64,000 nucleotides of DNA from Torpedo marmorata (lineage: Eukaryota), in the NCBI GenBank assembly GCA_977017645.1, contig OZ360219.1, forward strand, positions 104,036,001-104,100,000. The letters are read 5' to 3'. The position numbers were made by a program, and so were the translations under genes. The notes under the pieces were generated by a model. That model was not told where the DNA came from. It ran no database searches and was given only the letters and a program-made list of their open reading frames with translations. Below, piece after piece: positions 26,126 to 39,323 of the stretch. How positions within the stretch are numbered: the first letter of the stretch is position 1; the number at the start of each line of letters is the position of its first letter.

Positions 26126-26770
26126 TTTTTTTAAATATTTTATTTAACATTTTAAATCACAAAATACATAAAGTAAAATATAAAATTATCAAAATACTTG
26201 TGATACATTTTCACCCCCCCTCCCCTCCCTAACCCTCCCAACCCTACTAATCTAATAAAAGAAAAAGAAAAAGATAGAGTAAGGAGAATGTCAATCTAAA
26301 AGATATATCTATAAACTAATTCTATTATGGAGGTTAGGTTCGCCAGTAGATCCGATGTCCAGAGATCCTCAAATCCTTAAACCAACAGATTTCATATATG
26401 GGCTCCATATTTTTAAAAAGAAATGATACTTATTACGTAAATTGTAAGTAATTTTTTCAAGTGGTATACATGAACGAAGTTCTGCATGCCATCTTTCTAA
26501 TCCTAAATCTACATCAGATTTCCATGTAATAGCAATACATTTCTTTGAAACTGCAAAAGCAATTCGCAAAAATTCTATTTGATACATATTTAATTTCATC
26601 TTAATACTAACTTTTTTAATATCTCCAAATAAAAATATCATAGGATCCATTGGAAATGTGATCTTTAATACTTTATCTAAAAAATTTTTAACTTTCAACC
26701 AAAAATCATAAACTTTTGGACAAAACCATGTAGAATGTATGAAAGAACCTTCCTCCTTATTACATCTAAA
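26126..26770 (-). mobile_element. L1-clade LINE 3' fragment
   Basis: ORF2 C-terminal peptide, T-rich tail, exact TSD GTCAATAAAAATGTT at 26111-26125 and 26771-26785. Confidence 0.88.
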
Positions 26771-27002
26771 GTCAATAAAAATGTTGATGAAGTATCATTT
26801 TAATAATAGTTTCAGAAAATAAATTATGAAGATGAACTTATTTATGATCTTAATGCAATCTAAGAAAAAACATATCTTGGTGCTGAAGACACATTTGACT
26901 ATACAAGCAAGCTGATAATGTTGGAAACCATATTTCAAAAGATTTAAAAATAAACACCCACTGGAATTGCTGGAACCAAAAAAAATAAATCTTTCACAAG
27001 AT

Positions 27003-29553
27003 AAGGGACAGCGCACGGACCGTTTAAACACTGCTGGAACTACCAGCAGCAAACCAACGGGCCAGGTAAAGAAGACCCGACCACGTGGACGCAGACGGGG
27101 GCTACAGGTCAAGCTGAGACGCGGGGACCTGAAGCTTCCGCTCCCTACCATCCTCCTGGCCAACGTACAATCCTTGAAGAACAAACTTGATGAACTCCAA
27201 CCCAGACTTCAACATCAGAGAGTCATCAGGTAGTGCTGCGTGATGTGCTTTACAGAAACGTGGCTAAACACGGACATCCCGGACACGGCGCTACAGCCCA
27301 AGGGCTACACCCTCCATCGCGCTGACCGAACACCGGCGTCTGGAAAAACCATGTGTCATCATCAATTCATCGTGGTGCACAGACGTGACGGTCATGTTCC
27401 AGTCCTGCTCCCCGACCTGGAATATCTGGCGATCAAGTGTCGCTCATTCCATCTGCCGAGGGAGTTCACCGCCATCATCCTGGTCGCAGTGTACATTCCG
27501 CCCCAGGCTAACGTCAGGCTGGCACTGGAGGGACTGAGCACTGTGATAAACAGCCATGAGACAGCACATCCTGATGCCTTCCCGATCATTGTGGGAGACT
27601 TCAATCAGGTCAATCTGAAGAAGTCACTGACAAACTACCACCAACACATCACTTGCGAGACCAGGGGAACCAACACACTCGACCACTGCTATACCACCAT
27701 GAAGAACGCATACCGAGCCATACCACGACCGCACTTCGGCAAGTCTGATCACCTGGCTGTACTTCTACTCCCAGCGTACAAGCAGAGACTGAAGACCACA
27801 GCACCAGTGGTGAGGATGGCGAAAGTATGGTCAAGGGGGGTGGAGGAGCGTCTGCAGGACAGCTTTGAATCGGTGGACTGGAACATATTCAAGCACTCAG
27901 CCATAGACCTAAATGAATATGCAACAGGTGTCACCGACTTCATCAAGACCTGCGTGGATGAGTGTGTGCCCACGCGCAAATACCGGGTGTTCCCCAACCA
28001 GAAGCCCTGGATGAATCAGAGAATTCGCAACCTGCTGAGGACGAGAACAAGGGCGTTTAAGGCCGGGGACCGGGATCTTTACAAGAAGTCCAGGCACGAC
28101 CTGCGGAAGGCCATCTCTGAAGCAAAGTGGCAATTCCGGAGGAAGCTAGAAACAGAGACAGATACACGCCAGCTATGGCAGGGAGTGCAGGCCATTACAG
28201 CCTACAAATCAAGGGCGAAAACTATAGACGGCGGTGATGCTTCACTACCCGATGAGCTGAACACCTTCTATGCCTGCTTTTTTTTATATATTATTATTTT
28301 ATTTAAAAATTTTAAATTACAAAATACATAAAATAAAATACGAAATTATCAAATACTTGTGATACATTTTCACCCCCCCTCCCTCCCTCCCCTCCCCAAC
28401 CCTCCCAACCCCACTAATCTAATAAAATAATTTAAAAAAAGAGAAGAAAGAGAAAGGATAAGGTAAGGAGAATGTCAATCGAATAAATACACCTATAAAC
28501 TAATTCTATTATGGAGGTTAGGTTCGCCAGTAGATCCAATGTCCAGAGATCTTCAAATCCTTAAGCCAACAGCTTTCATATATGGGCTCCATATTTTTAA
28601 AAAGAAATGATATTTATTCCGTAAGTTATAAGTAATTTTTTCAAGTGGTATACATGAACGAAGTTCTGCATGCCATCTTTCTAACCCTAAATCGAGATCA
28701 GATTTCCAAGTAATAGCAATTCATTTCTTAGAAACAGCTAAAGCAATTCGCAGAAATTCTATTTGATACATATTTAATTTCATCTTAATACTAAATTTTC
28801 TAATATCTCCAAACAAAAATATCATAGGATCCATTGGAAATGTAATCTTAAATACTTTATCTAAAAAAATTTTAACTTTCAACCAGAAATCATAAACTTT
28901 TGGACAAAACCATGTAGAATGTACAAAAGAACCTTCCTCTTTATTACATCTAAAACATAAACCTGATAATGTCGGATTAAATTTCTTTAGTTTTTTAGGT
29001 GTTAAATATAATTGATGAAAAAAATTGTATTGTACTAATCTATATCTAACATTAATAATCTTCGTCATACTTAATTTACATAATTCTTTCCAATGGTTTT
29101 CATCTATTGTTACATTCAAATCTAATTCCCATTTTAATCTTGATTTATGAATTCCTACTTTAGGAATTTTCCTCTGAAACAATTTATACATTTGAGAAAT
29201 AAATTTATTTACATCTCCTTTAGTAACTAATAATTCTAATTCATTCTGTCTTGGTAAAATCAAAGCATAACCTAATTTCTCAATCAGAAAAGCTCTAATT
29301 TGATAATAAGCAAAAAGTGTCTTCTATGCCTGCTTTGAGAAGGAGAACAAAACAGTGCCTACTAGAATCCCTGAAAAGGCTGAGGACCCTGTGATATCCA
29401 TCTCTGAGGGCGACGTCAAAACATCATTCAAGAGGGTGAACCCTCGAAAGGCGTCAGGCCCTGACGGCGTACCTGGCAGGGTACTGAAAATCTGCGCCAA
29501 CCAACTAGCCGGAGAGTTCACGGACATTCTCAACCTCTCATTGCGGCAGTCAG
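27003..29553 (+). mobile_element. Rex1/Babar family A LINE, 5' half (APE to start of RT), interrupted by L1
   Basis: LANVQSL..APE motifs. It resumes after the L1 at 29337 and breaks at NLSLRQS. Confidence 0.9.
28281..29320 (-). mobile_element. L1-clade LINE 3' fragment nested in Rex1
   Basis: CFRC..H..W.CP domain; exact 16-bp TSD CTTCTATGCCTGCTTT at 28265-28280 and 29321-29336. Confidence 0.9.
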
Positions 29554-29795
29554 CCGCATGAATAACAATAGCGGGCAGGAACGTTTTTGCATATGAATAC
29601 CCTTCTTCCCCAGCCTGGCATTGATCTGTTAGCTGGGCAGCTTGGCCAGCGCCATTTTAGGGCTGCTGGTCTTGTACTGCACCAGCTTTCAACCGCGCCG
29701 GTTCACTGTGCTAAGGGTCGCGTTATAGTGTGTTATGCCGCTGTTTACTACCGCGCGATGTGCCGGCTTGATTTCTGCAGTGGCGGGCCGCCACA
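29550..29795 (-). repeat. Partial Ty3/Gypsy LTR (5' two-thirds), inverted
   Basis: Diverged reverse complement of 35338-35580. Confidence 0.85.
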
Positions 29796-30310
29796 CTCGA
29801 ATGATACTGGTGAGCGGAAACATCTATTGCTGCTCCCATTAAATCATTTCAAAGGTTCTTTTTATTGTCAAGTAATAATGCATTCAAAATTTAATATACA
29901 TGATGTATTTCAACTTTTGTCTGCTGTAAGGCAAACAAAGTTGCCATGAGCATTGCCCAATAACCAAACAGTACGAGAAAGAGAAGCAAAAGAGAGTTAC
30001 TTCAGAGACACTGTGTCCGTGGATTCGCCTCCAGCGATCCCGCAGCCTTTGCAGCCTCACATACTCCAGTTGAAAACATCAGCAACCCGAGCTCCAGATC
30101 CAAACCTCCGATACGATCAGGAAGCCTTCAGCGCCTGAGGCTCTTCGTGACCTCGGCAGCCTCTCGAATCCTGGCTCCAATACCAGGTTCCCATAAGCCA
30201 GTCACCAGCAGCCCGCAGACCACAAGTCGCTCACAACCCGCAGCCTTTGTGGGTCTTCAGCCGCTGAACCCCCTCACTGGTCCACTCTCGTGGCTACCAT
30301 TCTGTAGTGT

Positions 30311-33300
30311 AATCAGAATCAGAATTTATTGTCATGAACAAGTCATGAAATTCGGTGTTTTGCGGCAGCATCATAGTGCAATTAACATTCATATTAACCA
30401 TCTTACGACAGTACTATAAAAATTATAAATAATAGTGCACGAAAAGTAAGGCAGTGTCTTTGGTTCATTGATTATTCAGGAATCTGATGGCAGCGGGGAA
30501 GAAGCTGTCCTTGTGCCGTTGAGTGCTCGTCTTTAGGCTCCTGTACCTTTTTCCCGATGGAAGCAGAGTGAACAGGGCATGGCCTGGGTGGTGGGGGTCT
30601 TTGAGGATAGAGGCTGCTTTTTTAAGACACCGCCTCATGTAGATGTCCTCGATGGAGTGAAGTTTGGTGCCTGTGATGTCACAGGCCGAGTTAACAACCC
30701 TCTGGAGTTTACTCTTGTCCTGAGAGTTGACGCCTCCATACCAGGCAGTGATGCAACCAGCCAGAATGCTCTCCACGGTACACCTGTAGATGTATACGAG
30801 AGTCTTCGGTGACATACCGGATCTCCGCAGACACCTCACAAAGTATAGCCGCTGACGAGCCTTCTTTGTGATTGCATCAACGTGGACGCTCCAGGACAGA
30901 TCCTCGAAGATGTTGACACCCAGGAATTTGAAGTTCTTGACCCTCTCCACGACTGAGCCCTCGATGAGGACTGTGTCGTGTTCCCCTGACTTCCTCCTGA
31001 AGTCCACAATCATCTCCTTGGTTTTGCTAACATTGAGTGCAAGGTTGTTGCCATTACACCATTCAACGAGCTGATCTATCTCCCTCCTGTACGCTTCCTC
31101 ATTGCCGTTTGTGATTCTGCCGACAACTGTGGTGTCATCGGCTAACTTGTAGATAGCATTGGAATTGTGCCTGGCCACACAGTCATGGGTATATAACAAG
31201 TAGAGCAGTGGACAAAGCACGCATCCTTGGGGTGCGCCTGTGTTGATAATCAGTGAGGAGGAGACGTTGTTTCCAATTCGTACTGACTGTGGTCTTCCGA
31301 TGAGAACGTCAAGGATCCAGTTGCAGAGGAGGGTACAGAGGCCTAGAGTTTGTAGCTTCTTGACCAGCACTGAGGGAATAATGGTATTGAAGGCCGAGCT
31401 GTAGTCGATGAAGAGCAGCCGTATGTATGAATTGTGTTTTCGAGGTGATCCAGAGCTGAGTGGAGAGCCAGCGATATTGTATCTGCAGTGGAGCGATTGT
31501 GGCGATAGGTGAATTGCAGTGGGTCCATATCTTTGCTTAGGTATGTGTTAATTCTGGCCATGACCAGCCTCTCAAAGCATTTCATCACAGTAGAAGTTAG
31601 TGCTACTGGGCGGTAGTCGTTGAGGCAGCCCACACTACTCTTCTTGGGTACCGGGATGATTGATGCCCTTTTGAAGCAGGAAGGAACCTCTGACTGCCGC
31701 AATGAGAGGTTGAAAATGTCCGTGAACACTCCGGCTAGTTGGTTGGTGCAGATTTTCAATACCCTGCCAGGTACGCCGTCAGGGCCTGACGGCTTGCGAG
31801 GGTTCACCCTCTTGAATGATGTTCTGACGTCGCCCTCAGTGACAGATATCACAGGGTCCTCAGCCTTTTCAGGGATTCTAGTAGGCACTGTTTTGTTCTT
31901 CTTCTCAAAGCGGGCATAGAAGGTGTTCAGCTCATCGGGTAGTGAAGCATCACAGCCGTCTATAGTGTTCGCCCTCGCTTTGTAGGCTGTAATGGCCTGC
32001 ACTCCCTGCCATAGCTGGCGTGTATCTGTCTCTAGCTTCCTCCGGAATTGCCACTTTGCTTCAGAGATGGCCTTCCGCAGGTCGTGCCTGGACTTTTTGT
32101 AAAGATCCCGGTCCCCGGCCTTAAACATCCTTGTTCTCGTCCTCAGCAGGTTGCGAATTCTCTGATTCGTCTAAGGCTTCTGGTTGGGGAACACCCGGTA
32201 TTTGCGCGTGGGCACACACTCATCCACGCAGGTCTTGATGAAGTCGGTGACATCTGTTGCATATTCATTTAGATCTATGGCTGAGTGCTTGAATATGTTC
32301 CAGTCCACCGATTCAAAGCTGTCCTGCAGACGCTCCTCCGCCCCCCTCGACCATACTTTCGCCGTCCTCACCACTGGTGTTGTGGTCTTCAGTCTCTGCT
32401 TGTACGCCGGGAGTAGAAGTACAGCCAGGTGATCAGACTTGCCGAAGTGAGGTCGTGGTATGGCTCAGTATGTGTTCTTCACGGTGGTGTAGCAGTGGTT
32501 GAGCGTGTTGGTTCCCCTGGTCTCGCAAGTGATGTGTTGGTGGTAGTTTGTCAGTGACTTCTTCAGATTGACCTGATTGAAGTCTCCCACAATGATCGGG
32601 AAGGCATCAGGATGTGCTGTCTCATGGCTGTTTATCACAGTGCTCAGTCCCTCCAGTGCCAGCCTGACGTTAGCCTGGGGCGGAATGTACACTGCGACCA
32701 GGATGATGGCGGTGAACTCCCTCGGCAGATAGAATGGGTGACACTTGATTGGCAGATGTTCCAGTTCGGGGGAGCAGGACTGGGACACGACCGTCACGTC
32801 TGTGCACCACGATGAATTGATGATGACACAAACGCTGCCTCCCCTGGTTTTTCCAGACGCCGGTGTTCGGTCAGCGCGATGGAGGGTGTAGCCCTTGGGC
32901 TTTAGCGCCGTGTCCGGAATGTCCTCATTTAGCCACGTTTCTGTGAAGCACATCACGCAGCACTCTCTGATGACTCTCTGATGTTGAAGTCTGGCTTGGA
33001 GTTCATCAAGTTTGTTCTCCAAGGATTGTACGTTGGCCAGGAGGATGGTAGGGAGCGGAAGCTTCAGGTCCCCGCGTCTCAGCTTGACTTGTAGCCCCCC
33101 TCTGCGTCTACGTTGTCGGGACTTCTTTACCTGGCCCGCGGGTCCACTGCCGGTAGTTCCAGCAGTGTTTAAACGGTCCGTGCGCTGTCCCTTTAAATCC
33201 TGCGCGATTTGTAAGTGTGCTGAGCGCCTGTTGTCTGCGACTCCCGCGAAGTTTAAATGGCCCGTTCTCTGACTGTTTAAAACTCCCGCGGTGTTGCTGT

Positions 33301-33476
33301 TGTACTTGCGGGAGTTGTTTAAAGGTCCCGCGGCCCGACAAAGACTGCCGATTTTGCCGATTCCGAGGTCTGCCAGCGATCTTTGGACATCCACGTTGTC
33401 GGGTAAGTTTGATTTTATGTTTCTCGTTTTTTGTTTGATTTTTCGAAGTTCTGAACGGCAATATTTGATTATTTGA
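30311..33476 (-). mobile_element. Rex1/Babar family A LINE, longest copy, disrupted
   Basis: ORF pieces 32465-33493, 32171-32374, 31343-32128 and 30465-31370 together span the N-terminus, APE and RT; (ATTCTG)n tail. Confidence 0.93.
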
Positions 33477-35701
33477 TTCGTGGGGATAGTCAACTTTTAT
33501 CGCAGATTCATTTGATTATTTGATTCGTGGGGATAGTCAACTTTTATCGCAGATTCATTCCCGCAGCTGCCCGAACCATGCGCCCACTCTTCACCCTGAT
33601 GACCGGCAAGGCGAAGGACTTGACCTGGGACGATGACTCCGCACGAGTGTTCGTGGAAGCGAAGGAAGCCCTGGCTTATGCTGCACTCCTTGCCCACCCA
33701 AGGTCAGACGCACCCACAGCCCTCACGGTCGATCCCTCAGGAACGGCGATTGGTGGAGTTCTGGAGCAGCAGATAGAAGGAAGTTGGCATCCACTAGCTT
33801 TCTTCAGCAAATATCTGCGGTCCCCTGAGCTAAAGTACAGTGCTTTCGACAGAGAGCTACTGGCGCTGTACTTAGCCATCCTCCACTTCCAGTACTTCCT
33901 AGAGGGAAGGGCTTTCACGGCCCACAAGCCACTGATGTTCACCCTGGCCAAGATCTCCGATCCCTGGTCAGCTCGCCAGCAGAAACACTTGTCTTACATC
34001 TCGGAGTACACCACCGACGTAAGGCACATCTCGGGAAAAGACAACGTGGTCGCGGATGCCTTGTCGAGACAGAGCATTCACTCTCTGGCTAACGGACTGG
34101 ATTTCGTGGCACTGGCGGAGGCACAGCAACAGGATGACGAGATGTCTCAGTACAGGACCGCTGTCACGGGGCTGCAGCTTCAGGACATCCCAGTCGGCAC
34201 AGGTAACACTACCCTCCTGTGCGACGTGGCCAACGGCATGGAGGCGATGAGTTTTCGACTCCATCCACGGGCTGGCACATCCATCAATCAGGACTACGGT
34301 CCGGTTGGTGGCCAGCAAGTACGCGTGGCATGGATTGCGGAAACAAGTCAGCGGGTGGGCCAAGACGTGCACACAGTGCCAAACAGCCAAGGTACAGCTG
34401 CACACCAAGGTCCCCCCGCAGCCTTTCGAGCCAACGGAGCGAAGGTTTGACCACATTCACGTGGACATAGTGGGACCCTTACCAGTCTCACAGGATTTCC
34501 GCGACCTGTTCACGGTGGTCGACCGTTTCACCCGGTGGCCAGAAGCAATCCCCCTGGCCGACACATCCACCAGGTCCTGCGCCAAGGCACTCGTCTCGTC
34601 CTGGGTAGCAAGGTTCGGGCTACCACGCCACATAACCTCCGACAGAGGCGCACAATTTACCTCCAGCCTGTGGACTGACGTTGCCAACCTGTGGGGCGCT
34701 CAGCTACACCACACGACAGCATAACACCCGCAGTCTAACGGCTGGTTGAGCGCTTCCACAGGCACCTCAAGTCCGCCCTTATGACCAGACTCAAGGACCC
34801 CAACTGGGTTGACGAACTGCCACGGGCACTGCTGGGGATTCGTACAGCCCCGAAGGAAGACCTCCACACATCCTCCACCGAGCGCATCTACGGAGCTCCA
34901 TTCATGGTCCCCGGGGATTTCGGCCCACCGGCCAGAGGTCAACAGGAGGATACAACCACCTTCCTGGACAGGCTGCGGGAAAAGGTCAGTAACCTGGCTC
35001 CGATCCCAACCTCCAGACACGGGCAAGCCAAGTTCAACATCCCTAAAGAACTCCAAGACTGTGAGTATGTGTCCGTACGCAGAGGGCCACACCGTCCACC
35101 GCTACAGAAGCCCTACGAAGGCCCCTTCCGAGTCGTCCGGAACAACGGGGCCACCTTCGAACTGGACATCGGTGGCAAACCAGAGGTCTTCACCGCAGAC
35201 AGGCTCAAGCCGGCACACACGGACCCGACACAACCCGTGGAGACGCCAGCACCTCGGCGCAGAGGCAGACCACCAAAGAAATTGGGGACTGCATCCACGG
35301 ACACTATGAACTGTAGCGCCGGTTCTGAGGGGGGTCATGTGGCGGCCCGCCACCATGGAGATCGAACCGGCTCGCGCAGTAGTAAACATCGGCATAACAT
35401 ACAGTAACGCGACCCTTAGCATAGCGAACCGGCGCGGTTGAAAGCTGGAGCAGTACAAGACCAGCAGCCGTAAAATGGCGCTGACCAAGCTGCCCAGCTA
35501 ACAGATCAATACCAGGCTGGGGAAGAAGGGTATTCATATGCAAGAACGTTCCCGCCCGCTATTGTTATTCATGCGGCTGATGTCAACCAATCAACCAAAC
35601 GGCAGGAACTCCAACTGTATAAAAGAAGCATTTCCAGCCTCAATAAAGCAGAGAGCGTAACCTTCCGCACTGCGTGTGTTTCTTCGCAAAAGTTGGCTGC
35701 A
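33477..35701 (+). mobile_element. Ty3/Gypsy LTR retrotransposon, 3' part (RT thumb, RNase H, integrase, PPT, 3' LTR)
   Basis: GIVNFYRRFIP; RNase H motifs YSAFDRELLA and NVVADALSR; integrase H..HP/CTQC, HVDIVGPLP, TSDRGAQF and YEGPF. Frameshifted. Confidence 0.92.
35338..35701 (+). repeat. Gypsy 3' LTR
   Basis: G-run PPT at ~35327-35334, TG start, TATAAAA at ~35618, AATAAA at 35642, CA end. Confidence 0.8.
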
Positions 35702-35726
35702 GTAGCATCATTAAAGAGTGAGCATT

Positions 35727-37036
35727 GTAGCACTAACTTCTACTGTGATGAAATGCTTTGAGAGGCTGGTCATGGCCAGAATTAACACATACCTAAGCAA
35801 AGATCTGGACCTACCGCAATTCGCCTATCGCCACAATCGCTCCACAGCAGATACAATATCGCTGGCTCTCCACTCAGCTCTGGATCACCTCGAAAACAGC
35901 AATTCATACATACGGTTGCTCTTCATCGACTACAGCTCGGCCTTCAATACCATTATTCCCTCAGTGCTGGTCGAGAAGCTACAAACTCTAGGCCTCTGTA
36001 CCCCCCTCTGCAACTGGATCCTTGACTTTCTCATCGGAAGACCACAGTCAGTACGAATTGGAAACAACGTCTCCTCCTCACTGATTATCAACACAGCCGC
36101 ACCCCAAGGATGTGTGCTTAGCCCACTGCTCTACTCGTTATACAGTCATGACTGTGTGGCCAGGCACAATTCCAATGCCATATACAAGTTTTCCGATGAC
36201 ACCACAGTTGTCGGCAGAATCACAAACGGCAATGAGGAAGCGTACAGGAGGGAGATAGATCAGCTCGTTGAATGGTGTAATGACAACAACCTTGAGCTCA
36301 ACGTCAGCAAAACCAAGGAGATGATTGTGGACTTCAGGAGGAAGTCAGGGGAACACGACCCAGTCCTCATCGAGGGCTCAGTCGTGGAGAGGGTCAAGAA
36401 CTTCAAATTCCTGGGTGTCAACATCTCCGAGGATCTGTCCTGGAGCATCCACGTGGATGCAATCACAAAGAAGGCTCGTCAGCGGCTATACTTTGTGAGG
36501 TGTTTGCGGAGATTCGGTATGTCACCTAAGACTCTCGTAAACTTCTACAGGTGTACCGTGGAGAGCATTCTGGCTGGTTGCATCACTGCCTGGTATGGTG
36601 GCGCCAACTCCCAGGACAAGAGTAAACTCCAGAAGGTTGTTAACTTGGCCTGTGACATCACAGGCACCAACCTTCACTCCATCGAGGACATCTCCATGAT
36701 GCGGTGTCTTAAAAAAGCAGCCTCTATCCTCAAGGACCCCCACCACCCAGGCCATGCCCTCTTCACTCTGCTTCCATCGGGGAAAAGGTACAGGAGCCTA
36801 AAGACGAGCACTCAACGGCACAAGGACAGCTTCTTCCCCGCTGCCATCAGATTCCTGAATAATCAATGAACCAAAGACACTACCTTACTTTTCGTGCACT
36901 ATTATTTATAATTTTGTATAGTAATGTCGTAAGATGGTTAATATGAATGTTAATTGTACTATGATGCTGCCGCAAAACATCGAATTTCATGATTTGTTCA
37001 TGACAATAAATTCTGATTCTGAATCTGATTCTGATT
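35727..37036 (+). mobile_element. Rex1/Babar family A LINE, 3' half (RT to tail)
   Basis: Open frame from VALTS to RFLNNQ; TTCTGA-repeat tail. Confidence 0.92.
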
Positions 37037-37581
37037 GTTACTAGGGAGAAGAGTCATGGTGAATACAACTTTGCTTTGAAACTGTTTTCAAACTAAATGC
37101 AATACCAGTCAGCCCACTCCACATACAATCAGATCCCAGGAAGATGGCACAAGACAATAGTTCATTGTCATATACATAAGTACAATGTGTAGCTGCACCA
37201 AAATTCTCATTTATTGCAGCAACACAGGAATGCAAGATACACCAACTACAAAAGCACAAATAAATACAATACGCCAAGACAGTAAAATAAATAAATATAA
37301 AAGAATAGATAAATAAATATTCATATATGCAGTTTGTGCAAGACAAAAAGTATGGTTTCAGTAGCGCAGACAGATATTTTGGTGGTCCTAGAATTGTTTC
37401 TGGTCAGGTTTAGAATAGTACAGGGTGACTTAAGTGCCTGATAGGTGTTGGAAAAACAACACTTCCTGAACCTAGAGGTAATAAAACCTCATAATAAATG
37501 AATAAAAATCACGTGCATTGCACTTTCAGACTAGGAAATAGTCTTGAGTCATTCCGATCGGTTGTGCAGGAGATACAAAGG

Positions 37582-38060
37582 TCAAGTTAAGTCAAGTTTA
37601 TTGTCAGTACAAGTACAACCCGATGAAACAGTGTTCTCCGGTCCTCGGTGCAAAACATGCAGACACACAACCAGACATAACACACATACAGACAAATAAT
37701 ACATATGCAGGACAAGTATTATATCTATAAAAATAAATAAATAAATATTGTTTTGAACAAATGAGAATCTCGGATGGTTAGTGTGAGCAGTTCCTTTGGT
37801 CATTCAGTATTCTCACTGCCCGTGGGAAGAAGCTGTTCCTCAGCCTGGTGGTGCTGGCTCTGATTCTCTTGTATCTCTTCCATGACGGGAGCAGCTGAAA
37901 GATTCTGTGTGCAGAGTGGAAGGGGTCCTCAATGATTTTGCGCGCCCTCTTCAGACAACAATCCCAGTAGATCACGTTGATGGGGGGGGGGGGAACTCTC
38001 GTGATCCTCTCTGCCACTCTTATGGTCCTGTGGATTGAACTCTGATCCATTTCTCTGCAA
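37582..38060 (-). mobile_element. Rex1-like family B LINE 3' end
   Basis: Peptide TTRLRNSFFPRAVRILN, (ACTTG)n-type tail; 3' UTR shared with 47757-48728. Confidence 0.8.
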
Positions 38061-38517
38061 AGGTGCTGGCAGATGGCCAAGAACTTTATCAAAGGAGCAA
38101 AAAGACAAGTGAATTTTGGAAGTGGTAGTTGTTAGGGCACAGCTGCTTGTGTTGGCTGGACGTGAGGAAGTCGGTGTATGCCCACGTGTGATACAAAACA
38201 AGCACAGTCAAAAACCACAGGTGATCAGATCGATACCTGGACTGATTTCACAGCTTCAAAATGTTGTATCTCTGCTTTAGCGGGAATGACAGACAAACCT
38301 GGGCATGCAAACTGTGAGGCACAAAGCTCAAGAGAAAAATATCACATCATTGGTCTGCAGCAACCACCTCAGCAGGTTGAATATTGCAGGTGGGCAGCTG
38401 TTGGTTCCATTATTGGCTGTTGGCTGGCTGCAGTGCATGTGGCTGTGCATTCTGACATTGCATGCTGCACTGCATGAACACAGAGAATGCGCTGGAGTCA
38501 TCAAGTCAGATAGCACA

Positions 38518-39323
38518 CTAAAATGGGAATCAGATCTGAATGTAACAATAGATGAGGAACATTGGAAAGAAATACGTAAACAAAGTATGACGAAGATTAT
38601 TAACGTTAGATATAGGTTAGTGCAATATAAGTTGCATCAATTATATTTAACACCTAAGAAATTAAAGAAATTTAATTCGACATTATTAGGTTTATGTTTC
38701 AGATGTAATAGAGAGGAAGGTTCTTTTGTGCACTCTACATGGCTTTGTCCAAAGATATATGATTTCTGGTTGAAAGTTTAAAAGTTTTTAGACAAAGTAT
38801 TAAGAATTACACTCCCAATGGATCTTATGATATTTTTGTTTGGAGATATTAAAAGAATTAGTACTAAAATGAGATTAAATATGTATCAAATAGAATTTTT
38901 GTGAATTGCTTTAGCTGTTTCAAAGAAATGCATTGCTATTACATGGAAGTCTGATGTCGATTTCGGGTTAGAAAGATGGCATGCAGAACTTCGTTCAGCT
39001 ATACCACTTGAAAAAATTAATTATAATTTACGCAACAAATATCATTTCTTTTTGAAAATATGGAGCCCATATACAAAAACTGTGGGTCTAAGGATCTGAA
39101 GATCTCTGAATATCAGATCTGACTGGCGAACCTGTGTTCCACAAGAAAATTAGCTTTTAGTTGTTCTTTCTTTTTCTTTCTTTCTTTCTATGTTATTAGA
39201 ATAGAAAGGGTGGGAGGGTTAGGGAGGGGGGGTGAAAATATATCACATGTATTTTGATAATTTTGCATTTTATAAATATGTATTATTGAGTGATTTAAAA
39301 TCTTAAATATATATATATTTTTA
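38518..39323 (+). mobile_element. L1-clade LINE 3' fragment
   Basis: Same family as 28281-29320; exact TSD AAGTCAGATAGCACA at 38503-38517 and 39324-39338. Confidence 0.88.

Noticed and set aside
29587-29949. Duplicated ORF MHMNTLLPQPG.. (also 35304-35543)
   Set aside because: Both are chance frames on the antisense strand of the Gypsy LTR.
29550-35701. The two Gypsy LTRs as the 5' and 3' LTRs of one intact provirus
   Set aside because: They are in inverted orientation, one is partial, they are noticeably diverged and they share no TSD.
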